Assembly (NCBI GenBank): GCA_937958695.1
Contig: CALGNK010000027.1
Span: forward strand, 44 to 64,043
Origin: an uncultured bacterium
Lineage (GTDB): Bacteria; DUMJ01
DNA length: 64,000 bases
Direction of reading: 5' to 3'
A program made the position numbers and the translations under genes. Of the stretch, positions 9,070 to 19,508 are shown piece after piece (positions within the stretch are counted from its first letter, which is position 1; each line of letters starts with the position of its first letter). Under the pieces are notes generated by a model, which did no database searches, was not told the DNA's origin, and saw only the letters and a list, made by a program, of their open reading frames with translations.

Positions 9070-9484
9070 AGGAGTCAGCCTCTCTATTTATAAAATCAAG
9101 GTAACTCTGCAGGATCAGCGTAGCAGCTATCTTATCTATCAACTTTCTATCCCTCTTTCTCATCTCTCTTGCAATCCTTTCCCCCTCAACTGATGTTAGC
9201 CTCTCATCCCACATGATAATCTCTATACCCGGTATAGATTTAAGCACCTCCACCACTTTATAGAGCTCTTTAGATAGATATCCAGGAGTGCCATTCATAT
9301 TATTAGGAAATCCAATCACTATCTTACCTACTTCGTACCTCTCCACTAATCTTTCTATGCTTAATCTTAAATCTTTAAGGCCTTTATTTTCTAAGGTAGT
9401 TAGACCAAAGGCTATCCTATTATTCTCATCGCTTATAGCAAGTCCTATCCTCTTTAATCCAAAATCTATGCCTAAGTACCTCAT
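9059..9484 (-). CDS. ruvX: Holliday junction resolvase-like RuvX / pre-16S rRNA nuclease YqgF
   Basis: LGIDFGLKRIGLAISD, WDERLTS and DKIAATLILQSYLD motifs. Confidence 0.93.
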   Translation of the reverse strand: MRYLGIDFGLKRIGLAISDENNRIAFGLTTLENKGLKDLRLSIERLVERYEVGKIVIGFPNNMNGTPGYLSKELYKVVEVLKSIPGIEIIMWDERLTSVEGERIAREMRKRDRKLIDKIAATLILQSYLDFINREADSSSF

Positions 9485-10446
9485 ACCACCTTTATAGAAA
9501 AATCAGGACATACCTGTGCACAATAGCTACAGAGAACACACTTATCAAAGAGTATTTCTACTTTACCATTTACCAATTTTAGAGCCCCTTGACCACACCT
9601 ATCTACACAGATACCACACCCTGTACACCAAGGTTCTATCTCTATGCGTCTAGTCTTCTTCTTACTTTTCTCTAAAAGAGTCTCTTCAACTTGTAAACCG
9701 CAAAGAAGAGATACATCTAGTTTTAACTCATCTATAGTCTCTACACCTAAGAGAAATGTATGGATAAAATCTAAATCTTTTATATATCGAATAGCCCTAT
9801 CTATACTCCTTGTCAAATGCCCACCTCCAAATACTTTCATACCTATTACACCAATATTAGCATTATAGCAGTCTAACAGGGCCGATTCCATCCCCTCTCT
9901 ATCTCCATCGTATATACCGAGTCCAGCATAGTTTATAATGCTCATAACAACATCTATGAGCTCTAAGAATGCTAATACTCCTCTAACTCCACTAATCCTA
10001 TGCGTTGATATTCCAATAGCCTTTAGATCTCCCCTCTCCTTTAGTTTATGCATATACTCTAATGCCTTCATATGCCCCTTGATAGTAAGTATAGATTCCT
10101 GTTCATGTAGCATAAAGATATCTACATCACGATTCATAAGTCTCTTAGCCTTAAGAAGACTTCTATCAACATCCCTTTCATTTACCGCATAAGATTTAGT
10201 TATAACAAAAGCGTTATCAAATCCATTTAAAGATCTTCCTAATAACTCGTAATTATCATATATCTCTGCTGTGTCAAAAAGGTTTATTCCAATACTATAT
10301 GCATACAAGATTAATTCTGAGAGGTCTTTTTTACTAGTTCTATATGAGGCAAAAGGCAATGTTCCCAATGCAATATTGGAGACTAAAAGATTGCTTTTTC
10401 CCAGTCTTACCTTTCTAATAATTGAATCCTCGATAGCTTCAGCCAT
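9481..10446 (-). CDS. Aldo/keto reductase with C-terminal 2[4Fe-4S] ferredoxin domain
   Basis: LGKSNLLVS, FDTAEIY and IGISTH motifs; two CxxCxxCxxxC motifs at the C-terminus. Confidence 0.88.
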   Translation of the reverse strand: MAEAIEDSIIRKVRLGKSNLLVSNIALGTLPFASYRTSKKDLSELILYAYSIGINLFDTAEIYDNYELLGRSLNGFDNAFVITKSYAVNERDVDRSLLKAKRLMNRDVDIFMLHEQESILTIKGHMKALEYMHKLKERGDLKAIGISTHRISGVRGVLAFLELIDVVMSIINYAGLGIYDGDREGMESALLDCYNANIGVIGMKVFGGGHLTRSIDRAIRYIKDLDFIHTFLLGVETIDELKLDVSLLCGLQVEETLLEKSKKKTRRIEIEPWCTGCGICVDRCGQGALKLVNGKVEILFDKCVLCSYCAQVCPDFSIKVV

Positions 10447-10991
10447 ATAACTTCTCCAATACTCTCTATAATCTCTACTACTTTCTTCGGGGAGGGGTAA
10501 CCCTTCTCAAAGAGCAGTAGAACAGATAATGAATTCTTAAGATGAAAAATACCAACCTGTGTAAGCTGTTCACTAGAGTATAACCAATCCTTTAAGCCAA
10601 GATTCTTTAATCCTTCCTCTAATTTAGTTCTGTCTGTATCTCCCAGCCACTGAAAGTTGTATAATCCACCAATAATAGATTCTCCCAAATCTGAATTCTG
10701 CACAAAAAATATGTTATTCACATAAATGCCATAAGGGGCTACTCTATTTATTCGATCTTTCAAGTCTAGGCGAGGCTTTTCTAACCTTATGTCAAGTAAT
10801 TCCCTTTCTCCTTCGAAACCTACAGGTAAAGGGGGGGAAAAAGAGAACTTAGGTCTGGGATGAAATCCTTCAGTAAAACTTACCCCGATATCTGCCCTTC
10901 TAACTATCCTCTCCCAGCATCTTATCAGGTCTAAATGAGATATAAAAGCTAAAGGACCAAATTTTCTATACTCAACCCGAGCAAACACCAC
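10407..10991 (-). CDS. Radical SAM-associated protein (TIGR03936/DUF2344)
   Basis: FISHLD and FTEGFHPRPKFSF..PLPVG motifs; directly follows its usual radical SAM partner. Confidence 0.88.
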   Translation of the reverse strand: MVFARVEYRKFGPLAFISHLDLIRCWERIVRRADIGVSFTEGFHPRPKFSFSPPLPVGFEGERELLDIRLEKPRLDLKDRINRVAPYGIYVNNIFFVQNSDLGESIIGGLYNFQWLGDTDRTKLEEGLKNLGLKDWLYSSEQLTQVGIFHLKNSLSVLLLFEKGYPSPKKVVEIIESIGEVIWLKLSRIQLLER

Positions 10992-12684
10992 AGTTATAAC
11001 ATCCTACCTTTCTACAATCTTCTCTTTTAAAACCGGAAAGACTCAACTGATACTCATTCCAGAGAAATTCTTTACTTATCCCTGTATCTACAAAATCCCA
11101 AGGAAGAGGATCAGAAAGATTCTTCTCCTTTAGATAGGAACTGATATCGATATTATTTTCTCTAAAAGATTCTTTCCATATATCCCAGGAGAACTTATCC
11201 GTCCACGCATCAAACCTTACTCCCTTTCTCCAAGCGGTAATTATCGCCCTACTTACATCTATGTCCCCCCTAGTCAGTATACCCTCTAAAAGACTCACTT
11301 TAGGATCATGCCAACTTATATTTATCTTTCTATTTAATTTACTTTTTAATAACCTAATCTTTTCCTCTGCCTCTTCTTGGGTTATTTGCCTCGTCCATTG
11401 GAATGGGGTATGCGGCTTAGGAACAAAAAGGGAGACGCTTACATTTAAATCAATCTTTTTGTATCTACTCTTAATATCATTGAGTAAATTGGCTATACCT
11501 AAGATGTCTTCATCTTGCTCTGTTGGAAGTCCTATCATAAAGTATAGTTTTATAGCCTCCCATCCTTCTTTGGATACTATCTCCATCGTCTTAAATATAT
11601 CCTCTTCAGTAATATTCTTATTTATAACGTCTCTTAATCTTTGAGTTCCAGCCTCTGGGGCAAAGGTAAGACCTCTTTTCACTTCCCCTATAGCTTCATA
11701 AAATTCTCTAGATAAGGTATCTATCCTAAGGGATGGGATAGATACCGATACATAGGACGGAATTAATTCTTCCTTTATATATCTAGCTAAACCTTCTAAG
11801 TTGCTATAGTCGCTAGCACTTAGAGATAAGAATCCCACCTCTCCATACCCTGTAGACCTAAGTATCTCTGATGAAAGCCTCTTTATGTTATCTAAGCTCC
11901 TCTCTCTTACAGGACGATATAGAAAACCTGCTTCGCAGAATCTACATCCCCTTGTGCATCCTCTCATTATCTCCACTACCGCTCTATCATGTATGATCTC
12001 TGTATTTGGAACAAGGGGTTTAGTAGGATAAGGAGCTTTGTCTAGATCTCTAATAAATCTTTTCTTTACAGTTTTACTAATTCCAGGGACATAAATACCG
12101 CTAATCTTACTTAATGCTATTAAGAGTTCATTCTTATCTTTACTATTCAAACGCCATTCTTTAAATGTATCAATGATCTCATTAATAAGCTCTTCTCCAT
12201 CTCCAACAGCAAAACAGTCTATGAATGGAATAATTGGAGCAGGGCGAGATGCACATTGGCCTCCAGCAATAACTAAAGGAAGCCCATCCCTTTCAGAGGA
12301 CAGTAATGGTAGTCCACAGAGGTCTAGAATAGTAAGTATATTAGAATAGTTAAGTTCATAAGAGATAGAAAAAGCTAAAATATCAAATTCATTTATAGAT
12401 TTACCACTTTCCAAAGTTAGAAGGGGAATCTTTCTTCTACGTAAAAGTTCCTCCATATCTACCCAAGGGGCAAAGATTCTCTCTGCCAAGGCATCTTCTC
12501 TACTATTTATAATATGGTAGATAATAGAAAAACCAAGATTAGACATCCCTACCTCATATGTATCAGGAAAGGCGAGGACAACTTTAACCTTACCCTCTGG
12601 ATCCTTCTTTACTAAGTTATACTCATCTCCAATATAACTAGCTGGTTTCTTTACCCTGTATAAAAGGTCAAACGGATAGTTCAT
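10972..12684 (-). CDS. TIGR03960-family B12-binding radical SAM protein
   Basis: KPASYIG.E, FPDTYEVGMSNLG, RGCTRGCRFC, LTFAPEAG, FVPKPHTPFQW and a C-terminal Cys cluster. Confidence 0.92.
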   Translation of the reverse strand: MNYPFDLLYRVKKPASYIGDEYNLVKKDPEGKVKVVLAFPDTYEVGMSNLGFSIIYHIINSREDALAERIFAPWVDMEELLRRRKIPLLTLESGKSINEFDILAFSISYELNYSNILTILDLCGLPLLSSERDGLPLVIAGGQCASRPAPIIPFIDCFAVGDGEELINEIIDTFKEWRLNSKDKNELLIALSKISGIYVPGISKTVKKRFIRDLDKAPYPTKPLVPNTEIIHDRAVVEIMRGCTRGCRFCEAGFLYRPVRERSLDNIKRLSSEILRSTGYGEVGFLSLSASDYSNLEGLARYIKEELIPSYVSVSIPSLRIDTLSREFYEAIGEVKRGLTFAPEAGTQRLRDVINKNITEEDIFKTMEIVSKEGWEAIKLYFMIGLPTEQDEDILGIANLLNDIKSRYKKIDLNVSVSLFVPKPHTPFQWTRQITQEEAEEKIRLLKSKLNRKINISWHDPKVSLLEGILTRGDIDVSRAIITAWRKGVRFDAWTDKFSWDIWKESFRENNIDISSYLKEKNLSDPLPWDFVDTGISKEFLWNEYQLSLSGFKREDCRKVGCYNCGVCSG

Positions 12685-13766
12685 AGATTTCTCCTCTTTC
12701 CTATAGAAGATAGAATACCTATTCCAATCATATTCACTATTAGAAAACTCCTACCATAGCTTATAAATGGTAGGGGTATACCTGCCACAGGAAGAAGTCC
12801 TATAGTCATACCTATATTTATAAACATATGTATACATAACATAGATACTATGCCAATTCCAATGAGTGTTCCACTTTCGGTATCACTCTTAAAGGAGATA
12901 TATAATCCCAAGATAAATAGTATCATAAAGAGCAAGATTACCATCACAGCACCTAAAAATCCAAACTCTTCACCAATGAGAGAAAAGATAAAATCAGTAT
13001 GCTGTTCTGGTATAAATTTTAGTCTATTCTGAGGTCCATTAAGAAGACCATAGCCAAATAAACCACCAGACCCTACAGCCAATCTAGACTGTATAATGTG
13101 ATATCCTGCACCTAGAGGGTCCCTAGTAGGTTCAAGAAATGTAAGTATCCTCTCCTTTTGATAATCCTTTAAAAGGAAATCCCAAGCTAGAGGAATACTT
13201 ATCAATCCTAGTATAGCTAAGCTTAGTAGATACTTTATATTTAGTCCAGAGATAAATATAATACAGACAAATATGGATATAAAAATTAATGCAGTCCCTA
13301 GATCTGGCTGTAAAGCAGTAATAAGGAATGGTAAAAGCGTGATAGAAAGACATGCTATAAATAATAAAAGATCTCTCCATTCCTTCTTCTTACTACTTAT
13401 AAGTGCAGACAGCTCTAAGATTAGTGCTAACTTTGCTAATTCGGAGGGCTGAAAATTAAAACCACCTATATATAACCATCTCTTAGCCCCTTTTATTGGA
13501 GATGAGATAACTAAAGTGGCACCAAGTATGACTACAGAAGCCAGATAAAAGTATGGTGCAATCTTAAGCCATAACTTATAATCTATATACCTTAGAAAGA
13601 TAACAATAGGAATAGTTAAGATTAGAGAGACAAACTGTTTATCCCAAAGTTCTGGACCTTTCCAATAGGTGGCACTATATACAGCCAATACACCAACGGT
13701 TGATAGGATAAAAGAGACTAATATTAAAGCTCCAGAGACAAAATCAACCTTAACTCTTCTTTTTAT
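12681..13766 (-). CDS. rodA: Rod shape-determining SEDS glycosyltransferase RodA (start uncertain: ATA 13766 proposed, first canonical start TTG 13688)
   Basis: GAKRW, FQPSELAK, QPDLGTA, YQKERI, PEQHTDFIF and GIPLPFISYG motifs. The frame stays open upstream of the TTG and encodes TM1 (DFVSGALILVSFILSTVGVLAVYSAT). Confidence 0.9.
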   Translation of the reverse strand: MKRRVKVDFVSGALILVSFILSTVGVLAVYSATYWKGPELWDKQFVSLILTIPIVIFLRYIDYKLWLKIAPYFYLASVVILGATLVISSPIKGAKRWLYIGGFNFQPSELAKLALILELSALISSKKKEWRDLLLFIACLSITLLPFLITALQPDLGTALIFISIFVCIIFISGLNIKYLLSLAILGLISIPLAWDFLLKDYQKERILTFLEPTRDPLGAGYHIIQSRLAVGSGGLFGYGLLNGPQNRLKFIPEQHTDFIFSLIGEEFGFLGAVMVILLFMILFILGLYISFKSDTESGTLIGIGIVSMLCIHMFINIGMTIGLLPVAGIPLPFISYGRSFLIVNMIGIGILSSIGKRRNL

Positions 13767-14031
13767 GCCTTCTCAACCCCTTTATTGGGATATTAGCCAC
13801 TAAAGCTACAGAATTTTCTTCCCCCTCGAGGGAAAACTCTACCCCGTCTTTATCTATCTCTAGATGTTTAGAGATAACCTGTATTATCTCCTCTTTAATC
13901 TGTTCCATAATTTCAGAAGAAATACTGGTCCTATCATGGATTAGGACAAGTTTAAGTCTTTCCTTTGCTATCTCCTTACTTCCACCTTCATGTGTAAATA
14001 ATCTTTTTATAGCATCTATTATTACACTCAT
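13750..14031 (-). CDS. minE: Cell division topological specificity factor MinE
   Basis: SKEIAKERLKLVLIHDR and LVANIPI motifs; follows minD. Confidence 0.95.
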   Translation of the reverse strand: MSVIIDAIKRLFTHEGGSKEIAKERLKLVLIHDRTSISSEIMEQIKEEIIQVISKHLEIDKDGVEFSLEGEENSVALVANIPIKGLRRHKKKS

Positions 14032-14034
14032 ACC

Positions 14035-14829
14035 CTACCTCCATTTAAAGAGACGCCTAAACTTCGTAAATAAATCATCCTTATCAGTATAAATATTCAT
14101 AGGGACATCCTCACCAAGTATCCTTCTGGCTATATCCATAAAACTTTTTCCTGCAGGTGCGGTATTATTATTTACCAGTGGTTCACCTCTATTTGTTGAT
14201 ATAATAATATGCTCATCCTCAGGGATAACTCCAATAAGCTCTATAGAAAGGATCTCTAATACGTCATCTACACTAAGCATATCTCCTCTATCTACAAGTT
14301 TACTCCTAACCCTATTAACTATAAGTTTACTATCTTCCTTCTCCATAGCCTCCAACAATCCTATAACCCTATCCGCATCTCTAACAGCAGAAACCTCCGG
14401 AGTTGTTACTATAATAGCCATATCAGCAGGGGTAACTGCATTCTTAAATCCCCTCTCTATGCCAGCTGGAGAATCTATTATGATAAAATCAAATTCTTCT
14501 CTCAGTTTATTGCATAATCCAATCATATCTTCAGGAGAAACAGCCTCTTTATCCCTAGTTTGAGCTGCAGGAAGTAGATACAGTGAAGGAAATCTCTTAT
14601 CTTTTATAAGTGCCTGTTTTAACTTTGCCCTACCCTCTACTACATCTACGATATCATAAACTATCCTATTCTCCAAACCTAAAACCACGTCAAGATTTCT
14701 CAACCCTATATCCGCATCGACTAGGGCCACTTTCTGGTCTAATGAGGCTAACGCAGTGCCAATATTCGCTACAGCAGTAGTCTTCCCTACTCCACCCTTT
14801 CCCGAAGTTACTACAATAACTTTACCCAT
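14035..14829 (-). CDS. minD: Septum site-determining ATPase MinD
   Basis: TSGKGGVGKTT, DIGLRNLD, DSPAGIE and SAVRDADR motifs. Confidence 0.97.
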   Translation of the reverse strand: MGKVIVVTSGKGGVGKTTAVANIGTALASLDQKVALVDADIGLRNLDVVLGLENRIVYDIVDVVEGRAKLKQALIKDKRFPSLYLLPAAQTRDKEAVSPEDMIGLCNKLREEFDFIIIDSPAGIERGFKNAVTPADMAIIVTTPEVSAVRDADRVIGLLEAMEKEDSKLIVNRVRSKLVDRGDMLSVDDVLEILSIELIGVIPEDEHIIISTNRGEPLVNNNTAPAGKSFMDIARRILGEDVPMNIYTDKDDLFTKFRRLFKWR

Positions 14830-14830
14830 A

Positions 14831-15424
14831 TCACCTTATACCTCCATGAGAAAATGTCTCAATAACAATATTATCATTTTCAACCCTAGCAATCTCAGGG
14901 ACAGATTTGTTTTTAACATGGTCAGGAGCCCTTGCTATTATATCTGCTATCCTAATCTGTAATGGAGAAAGGTCCAAAGCATATACTATAGCTGACCTGT
15001 CCCCCATAGCTCCTGCATGAGCCAAACCCCTTAAAGAGCCTAACACTATTATATTCCCTTCAGCTACGACCTCTGCACCAGCATTTACATCTCCAACAAT
15101 AACAACATCACCATTATAACTTATACTCTGTCCAGAACGAAGAGTTTTCTTTATTACTATAGCGTTTCCTTCTCCCTGGGGGATACCCTCTGTCAAGACT
15201 CCAAGTATAGTTATGTACTCTATACTAGATAGTATATCAATTATCTCATTTAAAGCCTTACAGGGCATCCCTTCTCCAGCATACCTTATAAGGACCTTTC
15301 CTTCTCTAAAAAAAGTCTTATTTCTCTCTATCTGTGTCTTGAGGCCCTCGATAGCTTCACTATCAACCTCACCGTCTATCTTTATAGTTATATAACTCCT
15401 CTCTCCTTTTACAGTAATACCCAT
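14831..15424 (-). CDS. minC: Septum site-determining protein MinC
   Basis: TLRSGQ, GDVNAGAEV and LRGLAHAGA beta-helix motifs; ATG 15424 has a GGAG RBS. Confidence 0.92.
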   Translation of the reverse strand: MGITVKGERSYITIKIDGEVDSEAIEGLKTQIERNKTFFREGKVLIRYAGEGMPCKALNEIIDILSSIEYITILGVLTEGIPQGEGNAIVIKKTLRSGQSISYNGDVVIVGDVNAGAEVVAEGNIIVLGSLRGLAHAGAMGDRSAIVYALDLSPLQIRIADIIARAPDHVKNKSVPEIARVENDNIVIETFSHGGIR

Positions 15425-15425
15425 C

Positions 15426-17183
15426 TTAGTCTCCCTGCCATCCTCCACCTCTAATTATCTTTTCTCCAGTCAAGTAATAGCTAATAATCTCAGCAGAAAT
15501 AGGAGCAGCGGTTGATCCCCCATGACCTCCCTGCTCTATTACTATTGAAACAGCTATCTTAGGATTATCTGTTGGGGCATAGGCTATAAACCATGCATGG
15601 TCCTTACCTAAAGGATTTTCAATATTAGGGAAGTTCTCCGCAGTTCCTGTCTTACCTGCTACAGTTACCCTATCAAGTCTAGCCAAGCTTCCAGTTCCTG
15701 CCTTTACAACCAATTCCATACCTTCTTTTATTATATCAATTTCTCTTCTAAATTTAGAGATGTCTCTTATAAGCCCTGGAGGTATGGTCTCAATAGTTCC
15801 ATCTTGATTAATTATCTTGGATACAATCCTAGGTCTATAAACTTTTCCTCCATTTGCTATAGCACTGACTAAAACAGCCATCTGTACAGGAGTTACTTGT
15901 ACATAACCCTGTCCTATAGACATATTAGCGGTATCACCAATATACCAAGGTTCCTTCTTCCAAGAAGGCTCAGGAATAAGTCCCTTTACTTCTCCTGGAA
16001 TATCTATCCCAGTAGATTCTCCTAAGCCAAGCATTTTTGCATATCTAGCTATTCTCTCTGCTCCAAGTTTTAGCCCTATAGTATAAAATGCTACGTCACA
16101 GGACCTTGCTATCGCAGTCAGAAAGTCTATCCTTCCATGTGAGGTCCAACATTTAAATCTTCTATTACCTACCATCATAGAGCCAGGACAGTAAAATATT
16201 GTATCTTTATCCACCACTCTTTCAGCCAAAGCAGCTAAGGCAACTGCAATCTTAAAGGTAGAGCCCGGTGGATATACAGCAGAGATAGCTCTATTAAGGA
16301 GTGGTTTCTTGGGCGATAAAAGCTCTCTCCACTCTCTTGGTGTAATACCTTTAGCAAAACTGTTTGGATCAAAGTTCGGGTAACTAGCCATCGCTAGTAT
16401 ATCCCCATTTCTCGGGTCCATCACAACTATTGCTCCAGGCAAACCTCTTCTCTGAAGAGATTCTTCAACGACTTTTTGAAGGTCTAGATCTATTGTAGTT
16501 ACTACAGTTGACCCTGGGATAGGTGGAACTTTCCCAAGAATCTTTATAGGTCTTCCCATAGCATCAACCTCTACCTGTTCACCACCATGAATCCCCATAA
16601 GCTTACTCTGATAAGTTCTCTCAATCCCAGATTTACCTATGATATCTCCCATCTTTACACCCAAATCCCTAAGAGATTTTATCTCCTCCTTAGAGACCTC
16701 CCCTACATATCCTAGTATATGTGAAGCTAAACTTCTATTAGGATATTCCCTTATCACGTTAGTTACAACCAAAACCCCTGGAAGTTTATCCCCTAATTCC
16801 TTTATCTTACTCACTATCTCTAAATTTGCGTCTAATATTATATTTACTGGCTGTAACCTATTTGGGGCTTCTTTAATCTTCTCTTTAATTTCACTATAAG
16901 ATACACCAGTTATCTTACTTAAAAGTTTTAGTGATTCCTCTTTTTCCCCTTCAAAGGGAATAACAGAGACGGTAAAGCTTGGTCTATTTTTAGCCAATAC
17001 CTTACCTTTTCTATCAATAATCTCTCCTCTAGGTGCAGAAACAGCAAAAAGTCTTATCCTATTACCTTCTGCTAGTTCTTTAAAATATTTTCCCTGTAAA
17101 ATTTGAATCTGGTATAGTTTTACTATGAGTACTACTCCTAAGGTTAATATAAATAGATAGAATATATAGACCCTTAATCTCAT
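15426..17183 (-). CDS. mrdA: Penicillin-binding protein 2 (class B, elongation)
   Basis: N-terminal TM, APRGEIIDR, STFK, SCD and KTG motifs; located in the mreBCD cluster. Confidence 0.95.
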   Translation of the reverse strand: MRLRVYIFYLFILTLGVVLIVKLYQIQILQGKYFKELAEGNRIRLFAVSAPRGEIIDRKGKVLAKNRPSFTVSVIPFEGEKEESLKLLSKITGVSYSEIKEKIKEAPNRLQPVNIILDANLEIVSKIKELGDKLPGVLVVTNVIREYPNRSLASHILGYVGEVSKEEIKSLRDLGVKMGDIIGKSGIERTYQSKLMGIHGGEQVEVDAMGRPIKILGKVPPIPGSTVVTTIDLDLQKVVEESLQRRGLPGAIVVMDPRNGDILAMASYPNFDPNSFAKGITPREWRELLSPKKPLLNRAISAVYPPGSTFKIAVALAALAERVVDKDTIFYCPGSMMVGNRRFKCWTSHGRIDFLTAIARSCDVAFYTIGLKLGAERIARYAKMLGLGESTGIDIPGEVKGLIPEPSWKKEPWYIGDTANMSIGQGYVQVTPVQMAVLVSAIANGGKVYRPRIVSKIINQDGTIETIPPGLIRDISKFRREIDIIKEGMELVVKAGTGSLARLDRVTVAGKTGTAENFPNIENPLGKDHAWFIAYAPTDNPKIAVSIVIEQGGHGGSTAAPISAEIISYYLTGEKIIRGGGWQGD

Positions 17184-17680
17184 CTATCTGTCTTGAAAAA
17201 TCTTCTAAAAAACAGAAGTATTATAATTCCGAAGATAGAGTTATATACACCTTGAGTTAACCCAAAATTTAATGCATCGTTAATAGTAAATATCCCTAAC
17301 TTATTAACATATATTAGTAAAAAGCTGATAAAAAAATAGAGTATTGCAGCTAAAAATATTGAAGTTATTATGACCCACTTACCACTCCACAGCCTATAAA
17401 AAAATAGGTATACTATACCAAGAGAACCTATCAAGCTAAGTACATTAACCCCTGGATTTATTCCCCTCCATATACTATCTACTAGCCCCATGATGACAAC
17501 TAAAGGGGCTATCTCCAAAAATCCATTAGAAAAGATCATAAATACGGATATTACTAGAAGAAAATTGGGAAGTAAAGAATTAATAGAGAACATATTTGGA
17601 TAAAAGATATTTAGAAAAGCGCCTAAAAGGAGCCAAATAATATTTATAAGTATCCTTATTATCTTTTCTTTTAAATCCAT
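17180..17680 (-). CDS. mreD: Rod shape-determining membrane protein MreD
   Basis: 166-aa polytopic membrane protein with PNFLLV, lying between mreC and mrdA. Confidence 0.75.
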   Translation of the reverse strand: MDLKEKIIRILINIIWLLLGAFLNIFYPNMFSINSLLPNFLLVISVFMIFSNGFLEIAPLVVIMGLVDSIWRGINPGVNVLSLIGSLGIVYLFFYRLWSGKWVIITSIFLAAILYFFISFLLIYVNKLGIFTINDALNFGLTQGVYNSIFGIIILLFFRRFFKTDR

Positions 17681-17682
17681 CT

Positions 17683-18483
17683 TTATCTTACTATCCAGAG
17701 ATAATATATACTAGAAAAATCAACAGAGGGTATAACAGTAATATCTAAAAAAGTCTCACCTGGTTTATTATAAATATTGCTTATCTTTCCAACCACTATT
17801 CCCCCAGGGTATAATTCACTCGCTTCAGAAGTTACTATAACATCTCCCACCTTTATATCTGCCCCAGTAGAGATATACTGTAAACTACAGGTTCCATCAC
17901 CATTTCCTTTTAATACACCCATAACGTTATTTCGCAAGACTTTCACACTCACAGTGTTTCCAGGGTCTAGTATAAATAAGACCCTAGATGTATAATCACT
18001 AACAGAAATCACCTTACCAACCAAACCATTTTCATTTATTACAGCCATATTCGGTTTAACTCCGTCGATTTTCCCTCTATCCAAAAGAACAGTATTTAGC
18101 CATTGAGTTGGTTCTCTTCTTATCATCTTAGCCCCTATAAGGTTAAATCTCATGTTACTCTCTTTAAAGCCAGAGCTAACTTCCAATCGCTTTAAAGTAT
18201 TGATTTGATTATTAAGCATGTCTCTCTCTATTCTCAGTTTAGCTACTTCTACCTCTAAACGACTATTACGCTCAACAAGTCTATTCTGTTTTTGTAAGAA
18301 CAAATATACAAACTGAATCCCATCCTCTATAGAATTCTTTGCCTTAGCAATAAGACCTCCAATATCTCTTATGAAGTTTAATATCCTCTCTACAGGATTT
18401 TCTCCTCTAGAACTTACCGTATCTATAAAGACTATCAAAAGACACAGGGATATTATTAAAAGGGTAATAAGAAGATTTTTCAG
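17683..18483 (-). CDS. mreC: Rod shape-determining protein MreC (CTG start at 18483 proposed; first canonical start TTG 18438)
   Basis: Coiled coil plus LDRG..DGV...MAVI...GLVGKV and GD.IVTS...YPGGI motifs. The in-frame upstream codons complete the TM anchor ([20 protein letters not shown]). Confidence 0.92.
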   Translation of the reverse strand: MKNLLITLLIISLCLLIVFIDTVSSRGENPVERILNFIRDIGGLIAKAKNSIEDGIQFVYLFLQKQNRLVERNSRLEVEVAKLRIERDMLNNQINTLKRLEVSSGFKESNMRFNLIGAKMIRREPTQWLNTVLLDRGKIDGVKPNMAVINENGLVGKVISVSDYTSRVLFILDPGNTVSVKVLRNNVMGVLKGNGDGTCSLQYISTGADIKVGDVIVTSEASELYPGGIVVGKISNIYNKPGETFLDITVIPSVDFSSIYYLWIVR

Positions 18484-19508
18484 AGCCCTCCACCTCTCCC
18501 CCTATAAGTAGTGACTCTCTTTAGTATATCAACCTCTTCTAGTATCTTTCCTGTCCCTAAGGCTACACAGGATAGTGGGTCATCAGCTACAAATACAGGC
18601 ATCTCTGTTTCTTGAGACAAGATCTTATCAATCCCTTTAAGCAAAGCCCCTCCACCTGCAAGTATAATACCTCGCTCTACTATATCGCTTGCAAGTTCAG
18701 GTGGGGTTGCCTCTAAGGCAGATTTTACAGCATCAACAATAGCAGATACTACAGGCTGTAAAGCACTACGAATCTCTTCACTATTTACTTCTATAGTCTT
18801 AGGTAATCCAGTCAGAAGATCCCTACCCTTTATTTCTATCGTCATTTCAGTCTCTAAAGGATAGGCAGAACCTATCTTCATCTTGACCTCTTCCGCCGTT
18901 CTTTCTCCAATAAGTAAGTTATATTCTTTTTTTACATACTGTATAATAGCCTCATCCATCTCGTCTCCTGCTATCCTTATAGACTTAGAGGTAACAATTC
19001 CACCCAATGAGATAACAGCTATCTCGGTAGTTCCTCCACCTATATCGACTATCATACTACCCCTTGGTTCTGCTACGGGTAAACCTGCTCCTATAGCAGC
19101 TGCCATAGGTTCATCTACCAGATAGGCTTCTCTTGCTCCAGCCCTTAAAGCTGCGCTATAGACAGCCCTCCTCTCAACTTCGGTACTACCGCTTGGAATC
19201 CCAATCACTACTCTCGGTCTTAAAAGACTTCTTTTCCCCTGAGCCTTACTTATAAAGTACTCTAGCATAGTCTGTGTTATCTCGAAATCTGCTATAACGC
19301 CATCTTTCATTGGTCTTATAGCTACAATGTCACTAGGGGTTCTCCCTAACATCTTTTTTGCCTCTTCTCCAACTGCTAAGACATCTGAGGAGCCTTTACT
19401 TACAGCTATAACTGTAGGCTCTCTTAGAACTATTCCTTTACCTCTTAAAAAGACGACAGTATTCGATGTGCCAAGATCTATTCCAATATCTTTAGAAAAG
19501 ATACTCAT
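18480..19508 (-). CDS. mreB: Actin-like rod shape-determining protein MreB
   Basis: [38 protein letters not shown] and GGGALL motifs. Confidence 0.97.
   Translation of the reverse strand: MSIFSKDIGIDLGTSNTVVFLRGKGIVLREPTVIAVSKGSSDVLAVGEEAKKMLGRTPSDIVAIRPMKDGVIADFEITQTMLEYFISKAQGKRSLLRPRVVIGIPSGSTEVERRAVYSAALRAGAREAYLVDEPMAAAIGAGLPVAEPRGSMIVDIGGGTTEIAVISLGGIVTSKSIRIAGDEMDEAIIQYVKKEYNLLIGERTAEEVKMKIGSAYPLETEMTIEIKGRDLLTGLPKTIEVNSEEIRSALQPVVSAIVDAVKSALEATPPELASDIVERGIILAGGGALLKGIDKILSQETEMPVFVADDPLSCVALGTGKILEEVDILKRVTTYRGRGGGL

Noticed and set aside
13750-13770. MinE-RodA fusion by ribosomal frameshifting at T AAA AAG
   Set aside because: Fusion would need a +1 shift, whereas this motif type promotes -1; no stimulatory structure seen.
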